From an uncultured Gammaproteobacteria bacterium (lineage in GTDB: Bacteria; Patescibacteriota; Patescibacteriia; Magasanikbacterales; UBA922), in the NCBI GenBank assembly GCA_964597575.1, contig CAZQXB010000001.1, forward strand, positions 842,892-906,891: 64,000 nt of DNA, written 5' to 3'. Of this stretch, positions 1-8,830 are shown one piece after another. The notes below the pieces were generated by a model, which was not told where the DNA came from, ran no database searches, and saw only the letters and a program-made list of their open reading frames with translations. The stretch's first letter is position 1; every line of letters begins with the position of its first letter. The translations under genes were made by a program, and so were the position numbers.

Positions 1-155
1 ACAAGAATTCCGAGAAGTACGGCGGATACTGCCGGCTGCCAAGGCCAAAAGCCCATAACGAGCGCCAGCCAAACAATAAGTGTCGTTAAAAGGGCGCAAG
101 ACGGCTTGGCTTTTAAATCCAAAATGGTAGTACGAAGAAAATTCGGAGCAAGCAT
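1..155 (-). CDS. N-terminal part of a membrane protein, running off the window edge
   Basis: Manual translation from ATG at 155 gives MLAPNFLRTTILDLKAKPSCALLTTLIVWLALVMGFWPWQPAVSAVLLGIL..., hydrophobic and open to position 1. Confidence 0.5.
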   Translation of the reverse strand, partial: MLAPNFLRTTILDLKAKPSCALLTTLIVWLALVMGFWPWQPAVSAVLLGIL

Positions 156-211
156 GAAAGAAAACGTACACGCATAGTATAGCGCAAAAAACGCGCTAAG
201 AAAAGACAAAA

Positions 212-247
212 TAAAACACCCACCGGAGAAATCCGATGGGTGTTTTA
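212..247 (-). terminator. Intrinsic terminator downstream of the lipoprotein gene
   Basis: TAAAACACCCA..CGGA gaaa TCCG..TGGGTGTTTTA hairpin with a T-run on the minus strand; a second hairpin lies at 292-331. Confidence 0.6.
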
Positions 248-405
248 CAATCATGAAGCGAGAAACGTATTTCTCGATTTATGATTTTGAGGAGACGGCT
301 AGGAATCCTCGGGGATTTCACTAGCCGTCTCGACAGAGGCATCTCCGCTTGGCACCTTGGTGTCTCACGACACGAGGTGCACTTGGGAGAGCTCTTGAGG
401 GAAAC

Positions 406-2412
406 CTACAGCTGCAGGTAGGCGTTGAAGCCGCTCGGGCGGTTGTTGCGCTCGTAGGTAATCCGCGTCGTCATCGTGCTGTGGAGCGTTGTGGGGACCT
501 CGGCTTCGAGGTATCCAGTCTGCTGCAGCAAATGATTTGGCGGGGTACCGTTATCGGCGAGCGCGTACCAGATGTCCGTGTTTCCGGCGTTGTAGCCGAA
601 CACGTTCACCGCACACCGCACGTTCGGCTGCAAGTTCCGGAGGGTCGCCTCGATGACGATGTTCCCTACGGAACCCCACCCGCCTGCTGGCCGGTTCACC
701 TGAACCCCTTGAGGACCCCATTGCATGATCGTGGCTCCCGTACCCGCGTTGGTACGGCACTCGACGATCATCCTGAGGTAGGTCACCTCAGCGGAGATCG
801 ATCCGGCTTCGGCCGCCGGAATTCGATAGAACGCTCGCACCGTCGTGGTCGCACTTCCCGTGCTCGTCACCACGATGATGCCGGGTCCACCAGGGGTGGT
901 ACCACCGTCGGGCGTTCCTCCGTCCCCTGCTCCTGCATCCGGGACCGATGCTGCCGCGTCGGGATTCGACGGGGCGGCGTCCGGGTTGCTCGGAGCTGCG
1001 TCGGGGAACACCGGTGCCGCATCCGGAAAGACCGGAGCGGCATCGGGGAACGTGGGTCCGGCGTCGGGGAAGACAGGCGTTGCGTCGGGGAAGACAGGCG
1101 TTGCGTCGGGGAAGACAGGCGTTGCGTCGGGGTTCACGGGCGCCGCGTCGGGATTCGACGGGGCGGCGTCCGGGTTGCTCGGAGCTGCGTCGGGATTGAC
1201 CACACCTGCGTCCGGGTTCACCACGACACCACCGTCCGGAAGCCGAACACACATGTTCGGCCGACCAGCGACGGGGATGCACGTGAGACCCGTGTTGCAG
1301 GTGAGGTTACCGTAGCAGTCGCCACCCTCGGTGCCCACCGCGGGTCCACCATCGGTCGGCGGAGCGGCATCCGGATTCGGTGCGGCATCAGGGAAGACGG
1401 TCGCGTCGGGCGCAGGACCTGCATCACCGGGAATCACCACCCCACCGTCCGGCAGCCGAACACAGATGCTCGACATGCCGATCGGAAGGCAGCTCAGCCC
1501 CATGTTGCAAGTACCGTTGCCGTAGCACGGTCCACCCTCGGTACCCGTTGGCGGCCCCGAACCGGCGTCGTTCTCCCCTGCATCGATGACGCCCGCGTCC
1601 TGTTGAGGAAGCGGCTCACAGATGTTCACCTGCCCACCCTGATCCTGACATTGGAGGTCGCGATTGCACGTGTCGTTGTCACGACACGGGCAGTTCTCGG
1701 TCCCCCATTGGCAGAAGTCGCAGAAGGTCCCGCGACAGATCAGATCCTCGCGGCAGAACCCCCCGCCTCCACAGTCACACGCGAGCGTCCCCGGAACGCA
1801 GCCCGGCGGCGGCGCCAGCGGGCCGCACGAGAACTCGGAGACGCGCTGACCGTTGCAGGAGAGCGCGACACAGAGATTCGTGATGCCACTTCCGTTCGTC
1901 GAGGTGCGAACCTCGACGATGGTTCCGGGGTTCTGGCACGAGTTGCTGCCACCGATCGGCCGATCGACACACAGCTGACGCTGGGTCGGAGCCGCCGAAC
2001 AGGTGAAGTTCACGCAGAACTTCTCCATGTCCGGAACCGTTGAGCTGCGGGTCTGCACTGACGTGGGCAGGCAGCTCGCACCGTCCATACCGGGAGTCCC
2101 CGGCTGTCCGGGCTCTCCGGGCGAACCGGGCTGACCATCCTGACCCCGCGGGACGTCCACGCAGAACGAAGATCCGGGGTTACACCCCGGGATCCCGTCG
2201 CCGAAGCAGAAGCGAACCCCTGCATCGTTCGCGACGGAGCTCGTCACGGGACATGCGGGTCCCGCCGGCCCTTGCGGACCAGTCGGACCCGTCGCGCCAG
2301 TCGGCCCGACGCCGCCCTTGAAGGGCGGGATCTCGATCGGCTGCTCATCGCAGCCGACGAGGAAAGAGGTGGAACAGAAGAAGAGACAGAACAAGAACCT
2401 CGCCATATTCAT
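406..2412 (-). CDS. Cys-rich lipoprotein with collagen-like and PDAA/PDAT repeats (Myxococcota-like)
   Basis: ORF track 406..2580; start moved to MNMARF at 2412 because SD AAAGGA precedes it. Lipobox FLVGC, G-X-Y triplets, two GTEGGxCYGNxTCN modules. Confidence 0.75.
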   Translation of the reverse strand: MNMARFLFCLFFCSTSFLVGCDEQPIEIPPFKGGVGPTGATGPTGPQGPAGPACPVTSSVANDAGVRFCFGDGIPGCNPGSSFCVDVPRGQDGQPGSPGEPGQPGTPGMDGASCLPTSVQTRSSTVPDMEKFCVNFTCSAAPTQRQLCVDRPIGGSNSCQNPGTIVEVRTSTNGSGITNLCVALSCNGQRVSEFSCGPLAPPPGCVPGTLACDCGGGGFCREDLICRGTFCDFCQWGTENCPCRDNDTCNRDLQCQDQGGQVNICEPLPQQDAGVIDAGENDAGSGPPTGTEGGPCYGNGTCNMGLSCLPIGMSSICVRLPDGGVVIPGDAGPAPDATVFPDAAPNPDAAPPTDGGPAVGTEGGDCYGNLTCNTGLTCIPVAGRPNMCVRLPDGGVVVNPDAGVVNPDAAPSNPDAAPSNPDAAPVNPDATPVFPDATPVFPDATPVFPDAGPTFPDAAPVFPDAAPVFPDAAPSNPDAAPSNPDAAASVPDAGAGDGGTPDGGTTPGGPGIIVVTSTGSATTTVRAFYRIPAAEAGSISAEVTYLRMIVECRTNAGTGATIMQWGPQGVQVNRPAGGWGSVGNIVIEATLRNLQPNVRCAVNVFGYNAGNTDIWYALADNGTPPNHLLQQTGYLEAEVPTTLHSTMTTRITYERNNRPSGFNAYLQL
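950..1212 (-). repeat. In-frame 21-nt tandem repeat encoding heptads PDAAPSN/PDATPVF/PDAAPVF
   Basis: GCGTCGGGGAAGACAGGCGTT occurs three times exactly from 1061, with degenerate units on both sides. Confidence 0.85.
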
Positions 2413-2714
2413 GACTACAGTTCCTTTCTCCCCGTAAACCGACGGGGTTGCGGATTCGAACCAGTGGGTTAACTCGCGTGAGGGCACCATACCCCCGGTT
2501 TTTTTAGGACCAGAGGTCATGCCGCTCAAGCGGACACTGAACTCCTCTACGCGCAACGTATCGTTTTCATAAAACAACACATTGCGCGAGAGGAATTATT
2601 TTTGTATAGATTTCCCTCAATTGAAATGAACTTTTTGTATCCAATTTCTGGGATACCAGTCGGGCATATACACTCGTACGTGCACCCCTGGAATACCACA
2701 AACAGTAACTATAC

Positions 2715-2743
2715 ATTATACCACTTTTTTACACATTTGTCAA
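2715..2743 (-). promoter_or_regulatory. Sigma70 promoter for the lipoprotein gene, giving a ~295-nt leader
   Basis: Minus strand reads TTGACA-17 nt-TATAAT with an extended TG. Confidence 0.8.
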
Positions 2744-2898
2744 TCACGTTATTCACCTCTTTTTTTGCTTATTTAAGAGAAGAAATCTGAGGGAGGTTGA
2801 ACACTTTTTCAACCTCCCCCGCTTTTGACTTTCCCCTATCCTCCAGGGCGGCCCTCTGAAACTGGTCCAGAGAGCCGCCCGTGTAGCGCTGGGGTGCG

Positions 2899-3879
2899 CT
2901 ACGGCGTGGGAGCGATGACCCCATCCGGCTGCTTTTGCCGTGAGTAGCTGAAGTCACCCACCGTGTCGACGACGATTCCGAGAGAGAACGAGAACGCGCT
3001 CTGCTCGGGACCACCACCCGTCCACGATCGGTGGTCGGTGTCGCGAACCATGGATAGGGGGGACCATTCGATCCCCCACTTCATGAATCCGAACACCTTC
3101 CCGCCGACCTTTGCGCTGACCCCCTGGTAGTGGAACGACGGTCCGTCCCACTCCGCCTCCCCAGTGTTGAAGAGGCGCAGGTAGGAAACACCCACGTCGA
3201 GGGTCGCTTGTCGATCCCTCGACATGAGTGCCCGCCAGCCGACCCCGCCCCCGTACCCGAATGCGAAGTGAGTTCCCCGAGGGGAAGCCGCCAACGCCGA
3301 ACCGGGCATGAGGTATGCCGACAGCACGATGCTGTCGATGATCACCAAATCGAGACCGAACCGTGCTCCGACGGCGACATCTCCGTTGTAGAAGACGACC
3401 GCCGACGGACCGGCACTGATCTCGAAAAGTGCGGGCTCTGTCCTGCGCTCTTTCTCGACCGCGGTGAGGCGCTGTTCGTGGTCGTCGATCCGATCCATGG
3501 CCAAGTCGGTCTGCTCGGTGAGGGCTGCGGTCGCAGTCGCCACCCGCTCGAGCGTGGCCGTGGCGGTCGAAACCGTCCCGACCATCTGCGAGAACAAGTC
3601 TTCCAGATACGTGATCTCGTTGCCGAGGATCACGTCGGACGACTCGCCCGCCTGCTCCTGGCAGAGATCACGGGCCGCCTGGCTCGTCTTCTTCATCTCG
3701 GCGCACTTGCGCCGAGCCTTGCAGTGCTTCACCCAGTCGTTGCCACGCCGCGAGAAGTTCTCCTCGCACGTCTGCTGGTCCAGGGTCCGCATCGTCGGAG
3801 CCGGGGTAGCCGCCGGCTGCGCGAGCGCAACCAGAGGGAGAAAGGTCAGAGCGAACAAACACACCAACAACTTACGCAT
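2899..3879 (-). CDS. Secreted protein: signal peptide, coiled coil and a predicted beta-barrel-like C-terminal domain
   Basis: MRKLLVCLFALTFLPLVALA signal; heptad region; alternating Gly/aromatic beta strands (FGYGGGVGW, FSFSLGIVVD); SD GAGGA. Confidence 0.65.
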   Translation of the reverse strand: MRKLLVCLFALTFLPLVALAQPAATPAPTMRTLDQQTCEENFSRRGNDWVKHCKARRKCAEMKKTSQAARDLCQEQAGESSDVILGNEITYLEDLFSQMVGTVSTATATLERVATATAALTEQTDLAMDRIDDHEQRLTAVEKERRTEPALFEISAGPSAVVFYNGDVAVGARFGLDLVIIDSIVLSAYLMPGSALAASPRGTHFAFGYGGGVGWRALMSRDRQATLDVGVSYLRLFNTGEAEWDGPSFHYQGVSAKVGGKVFGFMKWGIEWSPLSMVRDTDHRSWTGGGPEQSAFSFSLGIVVDTVGDFSYSRQKQPDGVIAPTP

Positions 3880-3885
3880 ACGTCC

Positions 3886-4851
3886 TCACTTTCCGGGCTT
3901 CTTGACGCCCGAGGCTTCGACTTCGTCGATGCACTTACTACGGAGTACTCCGATGGCCGTCTTGTCGGGGATCGACAGAGGAAGCTTCCGTTCGGCCATG
4001 AGTCGAGTATAGTCACCCGACTGCTTGATGGTCATAGCCACCTCGGGCGGAACACCGCGCTCGATGGCCCGCTTGATGTAAGCAGCCAAGTCACAGCATC
4101 CAGCCGCGGCCGTGCCCTTGCAGATGTCCTTCCAAGTCAGAGTACGCCCTACGGGAACCGCCGGAAACTCCGGAGGCTTCGGCTTGTCTGCCTTGGGCTT
4201 CTTGTCCTCGCGAACCGTCGACGCCGGGGCTGCCTGCACCTTCTTCGGATTGCACTTCTCCTTGTCCTGAGCGATGACCGCGTTGAAGAACGCGATCTGC
4301 CGAGCGATCTCCGCGATACGCGCCGGGTCAGCCTTCACACTCGAGCGAGTCTTCGCCCGATTGAGATAGGTCAACCCATCGCGTGCGTCGCGGACCTGAT
4401 CGGCTTGGAGAGCCTTCGAACCCTTGTCCGTGCCGCATGGCACGACCTTGAGCTCGAGCTCCTCGCAACCAATCAGGTAGGGAACTGAATCAGCACACCA
4501 CCCCGGCGCGACCGTCGCGGTCTTGCCCGGGTGAAGCACGTGCTTCAGCCCCTTCAGGGTCTTGTTCGGATCGGCCTGGCACACATAGGCCAGCTCCTCG
4601 ATCTCGCTGTACCCCCTGTCCGGGTGCCACCAGGCGGTGGACGTGTAGGTCGCCGCGACCGTCGCGGTATTGACCTTACCCACCGTACCCTGGAACGCCG
4701 CCGGGTTGACGCTGATCGTCTGCCCACACTCCGGGAGGAGGAGGGCGACGATGAAGCCGGCGATGAAGCCGAGGAGCGTCCGCAGCTTGTTGCCGCGGGG
4801 CTTCTCGTTGCCGGTCGAAGTGACCGGCGCATCCATGTTCTCTTTTTTCAT
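3886..4851 (-). CDS. Hypothetical membrane-anchored Cys-containing protein (high GC)
   Basis: ORF 3886..4968; start moved to MKKENMD after SD AAAAGGA; one N-terminal TM segment. Confidence 0.65.
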   Translation of the reverse strand: MKKENMDAPVTSTGNEKPRGNKLRTLLGFIAGFIVALLLPECGQTISVNPAAFQGTVGKVNTATVAATYTSTAWWHPDRGYSEIEELAYVCQADPNKTLKGLKHVLHPGKTATVAPGWCADSVPYLIGCEELELKVVPCGTDKGSKALQADQVRDARDGLTYLNRAKTRSSVKADPARIAEIARQIAFFNAVIAQDKEKCNPKKVQAAPASTVREDKKPKADKPKPPEFPAVPVGRTLTWKDICKGTAAAGCCDLAAYIKRAIERGVPPEVAMTIKQSGDYTRLMAERKLPLSIPDKTAIGVLRSKCIDEVEASGVKKPGK

Positions 4852-5180
4852 GGACACATCCTTTTCCCCCGACGCTGTCGGGAATTTCCGGTGGCACGAG
4901 CCACCTTGGCTCATGCCGACATATACATCGGCTGGTTTGTTTTCAGTTTCCTTCCGTGCACCGTGCACGAGGATCGTTCAAATGCTTTTTTCTCAAAGCA
5001 TCTCGACGATCCTCGCCAACGAACACAAAAAGAAACCAAATTTTATAGTATTTCAAAGTGTAATGAACAAATGGGGTTTAGCCCCATTCACCAGACTACA
5101 TGTACTCCTTTCAATGTAATCTCGTCAATGGGACCCGCGGAAGAGAATTGCTTCCGCGGTAGATGTGAAGATGAAGAAAA

Positions 5181-6794
5181 CTACTTGCTGTCTCCGATGG
5201 CCTGGCGCTCGGTGCGGCATCGCTGCTGGAGCGATTTAGGCACCGAGTTGCAACATGCGACCGCGCCGACCACGTCACCAGTTCGCTGCTTGTTCAAGCA
5301 CTGGTTGACCGGATCCGACACTGCCGGAATGGCGACGATCTCGCCTGCCGCATTCTCCATCGACGTCGGCAGGTTGCTCTTCGTGATCATGAAGACCGCG
5401 AATCCAGCACCCGCCGCTACCAGTGCGAGCGCGACGAAGATAAAGTGGAACAAGGTCCACCCCTTCCGCTTCGGCGGCGGACGCCTCGCCCGAGCCTTGA
5501 CCTTCGGCTTGCGCGTCAGATCGTCGTCATCAGATGCCATCTCTCGAAGCAAGTAAGCGTCGCCGAGCTCCGTCGGCTGTTGGTCGGGCACTGCGCCAGA
5601 CCCAGTAGACGGGAGCGGAGCGGTAGTTGAGGGAGAAATAGCAGGAGGAGGCTGAGGAGCGGGCGGCGGGGACTTGAACTCCCAGCCGGTCCGGTCAGCG
5701 AGCCTGAGCAAAAAGACGGACTCGCGATGACCTTTCTTCAGGCTCGACAAGTGGTCGAGCCAGAGGAATCTCTCCCCCTCATCGAGGGGAAAATCCTTCA
5801 GCTTTTCAGGGGCCACAGGCACAAGGGGGAAGAACGCGCTCGGTCGTTCGGCAATTTCTCCGAAGGGACCGAACTCGATGAGGTACTCCTTCGCTCCGAA
5901 AGGAGAGAGGTGATCGTATTCCTCGGGGCTAACGACAAGCCCCATCACCTTCTGCTCTTTCCAGTATCGGAGGCGATACTTCGCCTTCCCGATCACGACC
6001 GTCATCTTCCCCGATCCCTTTTCGAAGGGACGGAGGACACGCGTCGTGCTGTCGGCCGGATCTGCGGTGGGCGCCGAAGCGACCGCCACAGCCTGAGGCC
6101 GAGCCGGCAGAGTCGGTCGAACCGACTGCACCGGTGGACCAGGCATTCCGACCGTGTAATCAACACTCGGGCGGGCAGGCATCGCCGGAACCGTCCTTGC
6201 ACGCGGTGCCGGAGCAGGAACCGGAATCGCCACTCGGGGTGGCGCGACCACGGTCTCTCCGTGAGCCGTAACCTGCTCTTCTGCCATGGCGAGACTCTCA
6301 TCCATCCGCGCGAGGACAGCATCGATGGGAGCATCTTCTCCCAGGTCGGCCCCGACCGTGCGGGCGGTACCGATCCCTATCACGCCAGTGTTGGCCGTGA
6401 TCGGCTCGCTATCCTCATCACCCCTGTCGTCGACTTCGTCCAGGATCTGGTGGGGGTCAATGTGCACCCCCGAAGGCTCGACCCCGGCCTCTTCGAGACC
6501 GATGACGCGCCCAGAGGCGCGGCCCACGATGACGACCCCGTCGCCAGCGACCAACCGCTCATCAGCAGCGATCTGCTGGACGACCAGCGCCGCGACCGTC
6601 ACACGACGATCGAGGCCCGGAATGGGGGCTCCGTCCTCGGTACGCCCCACCTCATCCGCCCAGTTGGTGGACGGCGGAGGCGTGGGCTTGGGCGCCTCCG
6701 TACGAGCGGGTGGCGGGGGGTCGCTCTCGACACCGCGGCTGTTCCGCTCGAGAAAAGACTCCATGAGATCACCGTGATCAAGATCGAACATCAT
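5181..6794 (-). CDS. Hypothetical Pro/acidic-rich protein with one TM helix near the C-terminus (high GC)
   Basis: 537-aa ORF; SD-like GAGAGGG; TM segment WTLFHFIFVALALVAAGAGFAVF. Confidence 0.7.
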   Translation of the reverse strand: MMFDLDHGDLMESFLERNSRGVESDPPPPARTEAPKPTPPPSTNWADEVGRTEDGAPIPGLDRRVTVAALVVQQIAADERLVAGDGVVIVGRASGRVIGLEEAGVEPSGVHIDPHQILDEVDDRGDEDSEPITANTGVIGIGTARTVGADLGEDAPIDAVLARMDESLAMAEEQVTAHGETVVAPPRVAIPVPAPAPRARTVPAMPARPSVDYTVGMPGPPVQSVRPTLPARPQAVAVASAPTADPADSTTRVLRPFEKGSGKMTVVIGKAKYRLRYWKEQKVMGLVVSPEEYDHLSPFGAKEYLIEFGPFGEIAERPSAFFPLVPVAPEKLKDFPLDEGERFLWLDHLSSLKKGHRESVFLLRLADRTGWEFKSPPPAPQPPPAISPSTTAPLPSTGSGAVPDQQPTELGDAYLLREMASDDDDLTRKPKVKARARRPPPKRKGWTLFHFIFVALALVAAGAGFAVFMITKSNLPTSMENAAGEIVAIPAVSDPVNQCLNKQRTGDVVGAVACCNSVPKSLQQRCRTERQAIGDSK

Positions 6795-6954
6795 TCCCTC
6801 TCATCCTGCTGCATAAGGCGCAGCAATTCCTCGCCAAATCTCTTTGGCGCTTTTCTTAAAAATGTTTTCTTCAAACTTCAGTTGGATAGATCACGATTTG
6901 GAAGAGTTATTTGCGCATTGTGGGCACAAGCAACCCATAGCAAATCGACGGGTT

Positions 6955-6983
6955 AGAATAGCATAATTTAGCGCTTTTGTCAA
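6955..6983 (-). promoter_or_regulatory. Sigma70-like promoter for 5181..6794
   Basis: TTGACA-17 nt-TATTCT with an extended TG. Confidence 0.6.
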
Positions 6984-7131
6984 GAGAAAGACCCTGTGTA
7001 TAAACGAATATTAAAAAAGGCTCTACTCAGCCACTATTTTAGAGCATTTCTTCTCTTTTTTTCCTGTATAAAAAACACCTGATTTTTCTTCAGGTATTTT
7101 TTACTTTCCTCTATTTCCTCTCCCCAACCCT

Positions 7132-7746
7132 TTATCGATACCTTCGCACGACCACCGCAGCACTGAGAAGTGCCCCGAGGAAGAAGCCAACGGCGATATT
7201 GACCGGGATATTTGGCCGAACCGGAATGTTTGTTGGTACGGGTTGATTAATGATTTTTAAACTCACATCTCCGCCCACGTAGTCGGTTACTTTATTCACC
7301 AGCGCATCTGCTACCGCACCGGATAAAGCCACTGCCCCTTCTTTCGTTTCAGAAAATGCACTCACATTCAACACCCCAGTACCATACACAACCGAGGCAC
7401 CGACCGATCGTTCCCAACGCTTGCGGCGCTCACGCTCGTTTCGAGCGCCCGCGAAATAATCTGCGGGGACTTCTTTTGGCGCATCCGTCATAACTTTTTT
7501 ATAAAAATCATCACTGGCCATCACCTGCACAATATTTTCCCCTACTCGCTCGGCCGACTTAGCGGCGGTGTACGGGTCAATGCCGTACCGCGATTTAGAA
7601 ACAATAAGCACCTGTGCGTCGGCGCGATACTCTAGTGGAAAAGCCAAACTCACCACCCCAGCCACGAAGGCCACAAAAAAACCGCTCACGAAAAGAATAC
7701 GCCACCGCTTTTTTAAAATATGAATGGGATCGTTCAGAAGATACAT
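7132..7746 (-). CDS. Wzz/CapA-like polysaccharide chain-length determinant family protein
   Basis: ILKKRW N-terminus, TM, Y.A.A.VL motif, Pro-rich PVRPN segment before a C-terminal TM. Confidence 0.7.
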   Translation of the reverse strand: MYLLNDPIHILKKRWRILFVSGFFVAFVAGVVSLAFPLEYRADAQVLIVSKSRYGIDPYTAAKSAERVGENIVQVMASDDFYKKVMTDAPKEVPADYFAGARNERERRKRWERSVGASVVYGTGVLNVSAFSETKEGAVALSGAVADALVNKVTDYVGGDVSLKIINQPVPTNIPVRPNIPVNIAVGFFLGALLSAAVVVRRYR

Positions 7747-7778
7747 ATGTGCGTTAAGTAAAAAGCTATGAAAAAATA

Positions 7779-8828
7779 TTATTTCAAACGAATGGTAATC
7801 CGCTCGCCTTTTCTTTGCACCGTTATAAATAACTCTGTAGAGAGAAGGCTCACTTTCTCAAATGTTTCAAATGAAAACGGCACGTTCCCGAGTGTCATAA
7901 TAATATCGTTTGGCATAATACCAAGTGCGCGCGCTTTCGGCGTTACTTCTGTCACGAGAAAACCTTGTCGTGAAATAATCGTTTCGGCCTCAGGTATCGC
8001 CGATACAAACACTCCCTTAAACCCAAAATCGGGGTAAGTTATTTTTCCACTTTGAAGTACTTGCCGCATGTGCGATTCAACAAGCCACGATGGATAGAGC
8101 ACATTATTTTTGGCCACAAGCCCGAGCACATCTCCGCGGCGATCGACGACAAACGAACCAAAAGGAACTCCTGGCAACACCTGCGGCAAAAGTTCTGGTC
8201 GATCAAACGTGTATGTTTTTTCCGGCACAATAAATTCTCTTGCAGGAATAATCGTCGCATTCTCTATTTTATTTCCTGGGGCAATCGCCCACACGGTTCC
8301 ACCTTCAGCCTCCTCTGAACCAAACGCTGCCACACGAAATCCTTGGCCGACTAAATGCACATACACCAAATCGGTGTAGGGGTCTTCCACAATGGTGTCG
8401 ATCGTTGTCGAAACACTTTGACTATCAACCGCGAGAAGCATTTCTGAACGGGTTTTCAGCGTATCTTGAACAAGTACGGCCCAGCCATCCGAAGAAAGAA
8501 GCATCGCCTCCCCCACCCGTGCAGTAAGCGGAAAAGCACCTTCGCTGACAGTTTTCGTTTTGTCGTACAAAGTTACTGTGCGGGCTCGCGTTTGGTTGAG
8601 CACATAGGGTTCAAGTGTGTCCGGTGTGGTGTCGCGCCGCAAAAGAATTCGATCAGAAAGGCCGGCTGCGCCAATATCGGGAAGAACCCAAACAGCGGCA
8701 GCTAACGCCGAGGCAACGCCAGCGAGAACTGAAAGAAACAACATCAGTGTGACCCACGGCAGTGACTGGCGAACATAGTACGCCGGAATAGAACACGAAC
8801 GTGGAGGGAGATGCGGAGGATGGTTCAT
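7779..8828 (-). CDS. HtrA/DegP-like trypsin-PDZ protein, probably catalytically inactive
   Basis: N-terminal TM, LSSDGW, DPYTDL, VDRRGDVLGL, and PDZ-like ARALGIMPNDIIM. Confidence 0.65.
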   Translation of the reverse strand: MNHPPHLPPRSCSIPAYYVRQSLPWVTLMLFLSVLAGVASALAAAVWVLPDIGAAGLSDRILLRRDTTPDTLEPYVLNQTRARTVTLYDKTKTVSEGAFPLTARVGEAMLLSSDGWAVLVQDTLKTRSEMLLAVDSQSVSTTIDTIVEDPYTDLVYVHLVGQGFRVAAFGSEEAEGGTVWAIAPGNKIENATIIPAREFIVPEKTYTFDRPELLPQVLPGVPFGSFVVDRRGDVLGLVAKNNVLYPSWLVESHMRQVLQSGKITYPDFGFKGVFVSAIPEAETIISRQGFLVTEVTPKARALGIMPNDIIMTLGNVPFSFETFEKVSLLSTELFITVQRKGERITIRLK

Positions 8829-8830
8829 AT

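Noticed and set aside
950-1212. 21-nt repeats as a possible CRISPR array
   Set aside because: The units are contiguous with no spacers, lie in frame inside a CDS, and no cas genes are present.
2430-2500. tRNA-like GGTTCGAATCC on the minus strand
   Set aside because: I could not build an acceptor stem, D-arm or anticodon arm, so it is kept only as a leader motif.
349-6956. Long plus-strand ORFs (349..2043, 3130..4488, 4531..5556, 5727..6956), and 11940..12665
   Set aside because: These are antisense shadows of high-GC minus-strand genes. They are Arg-rich with no motifs, while the opposite strand has SDs, signal peptides and known motifs.
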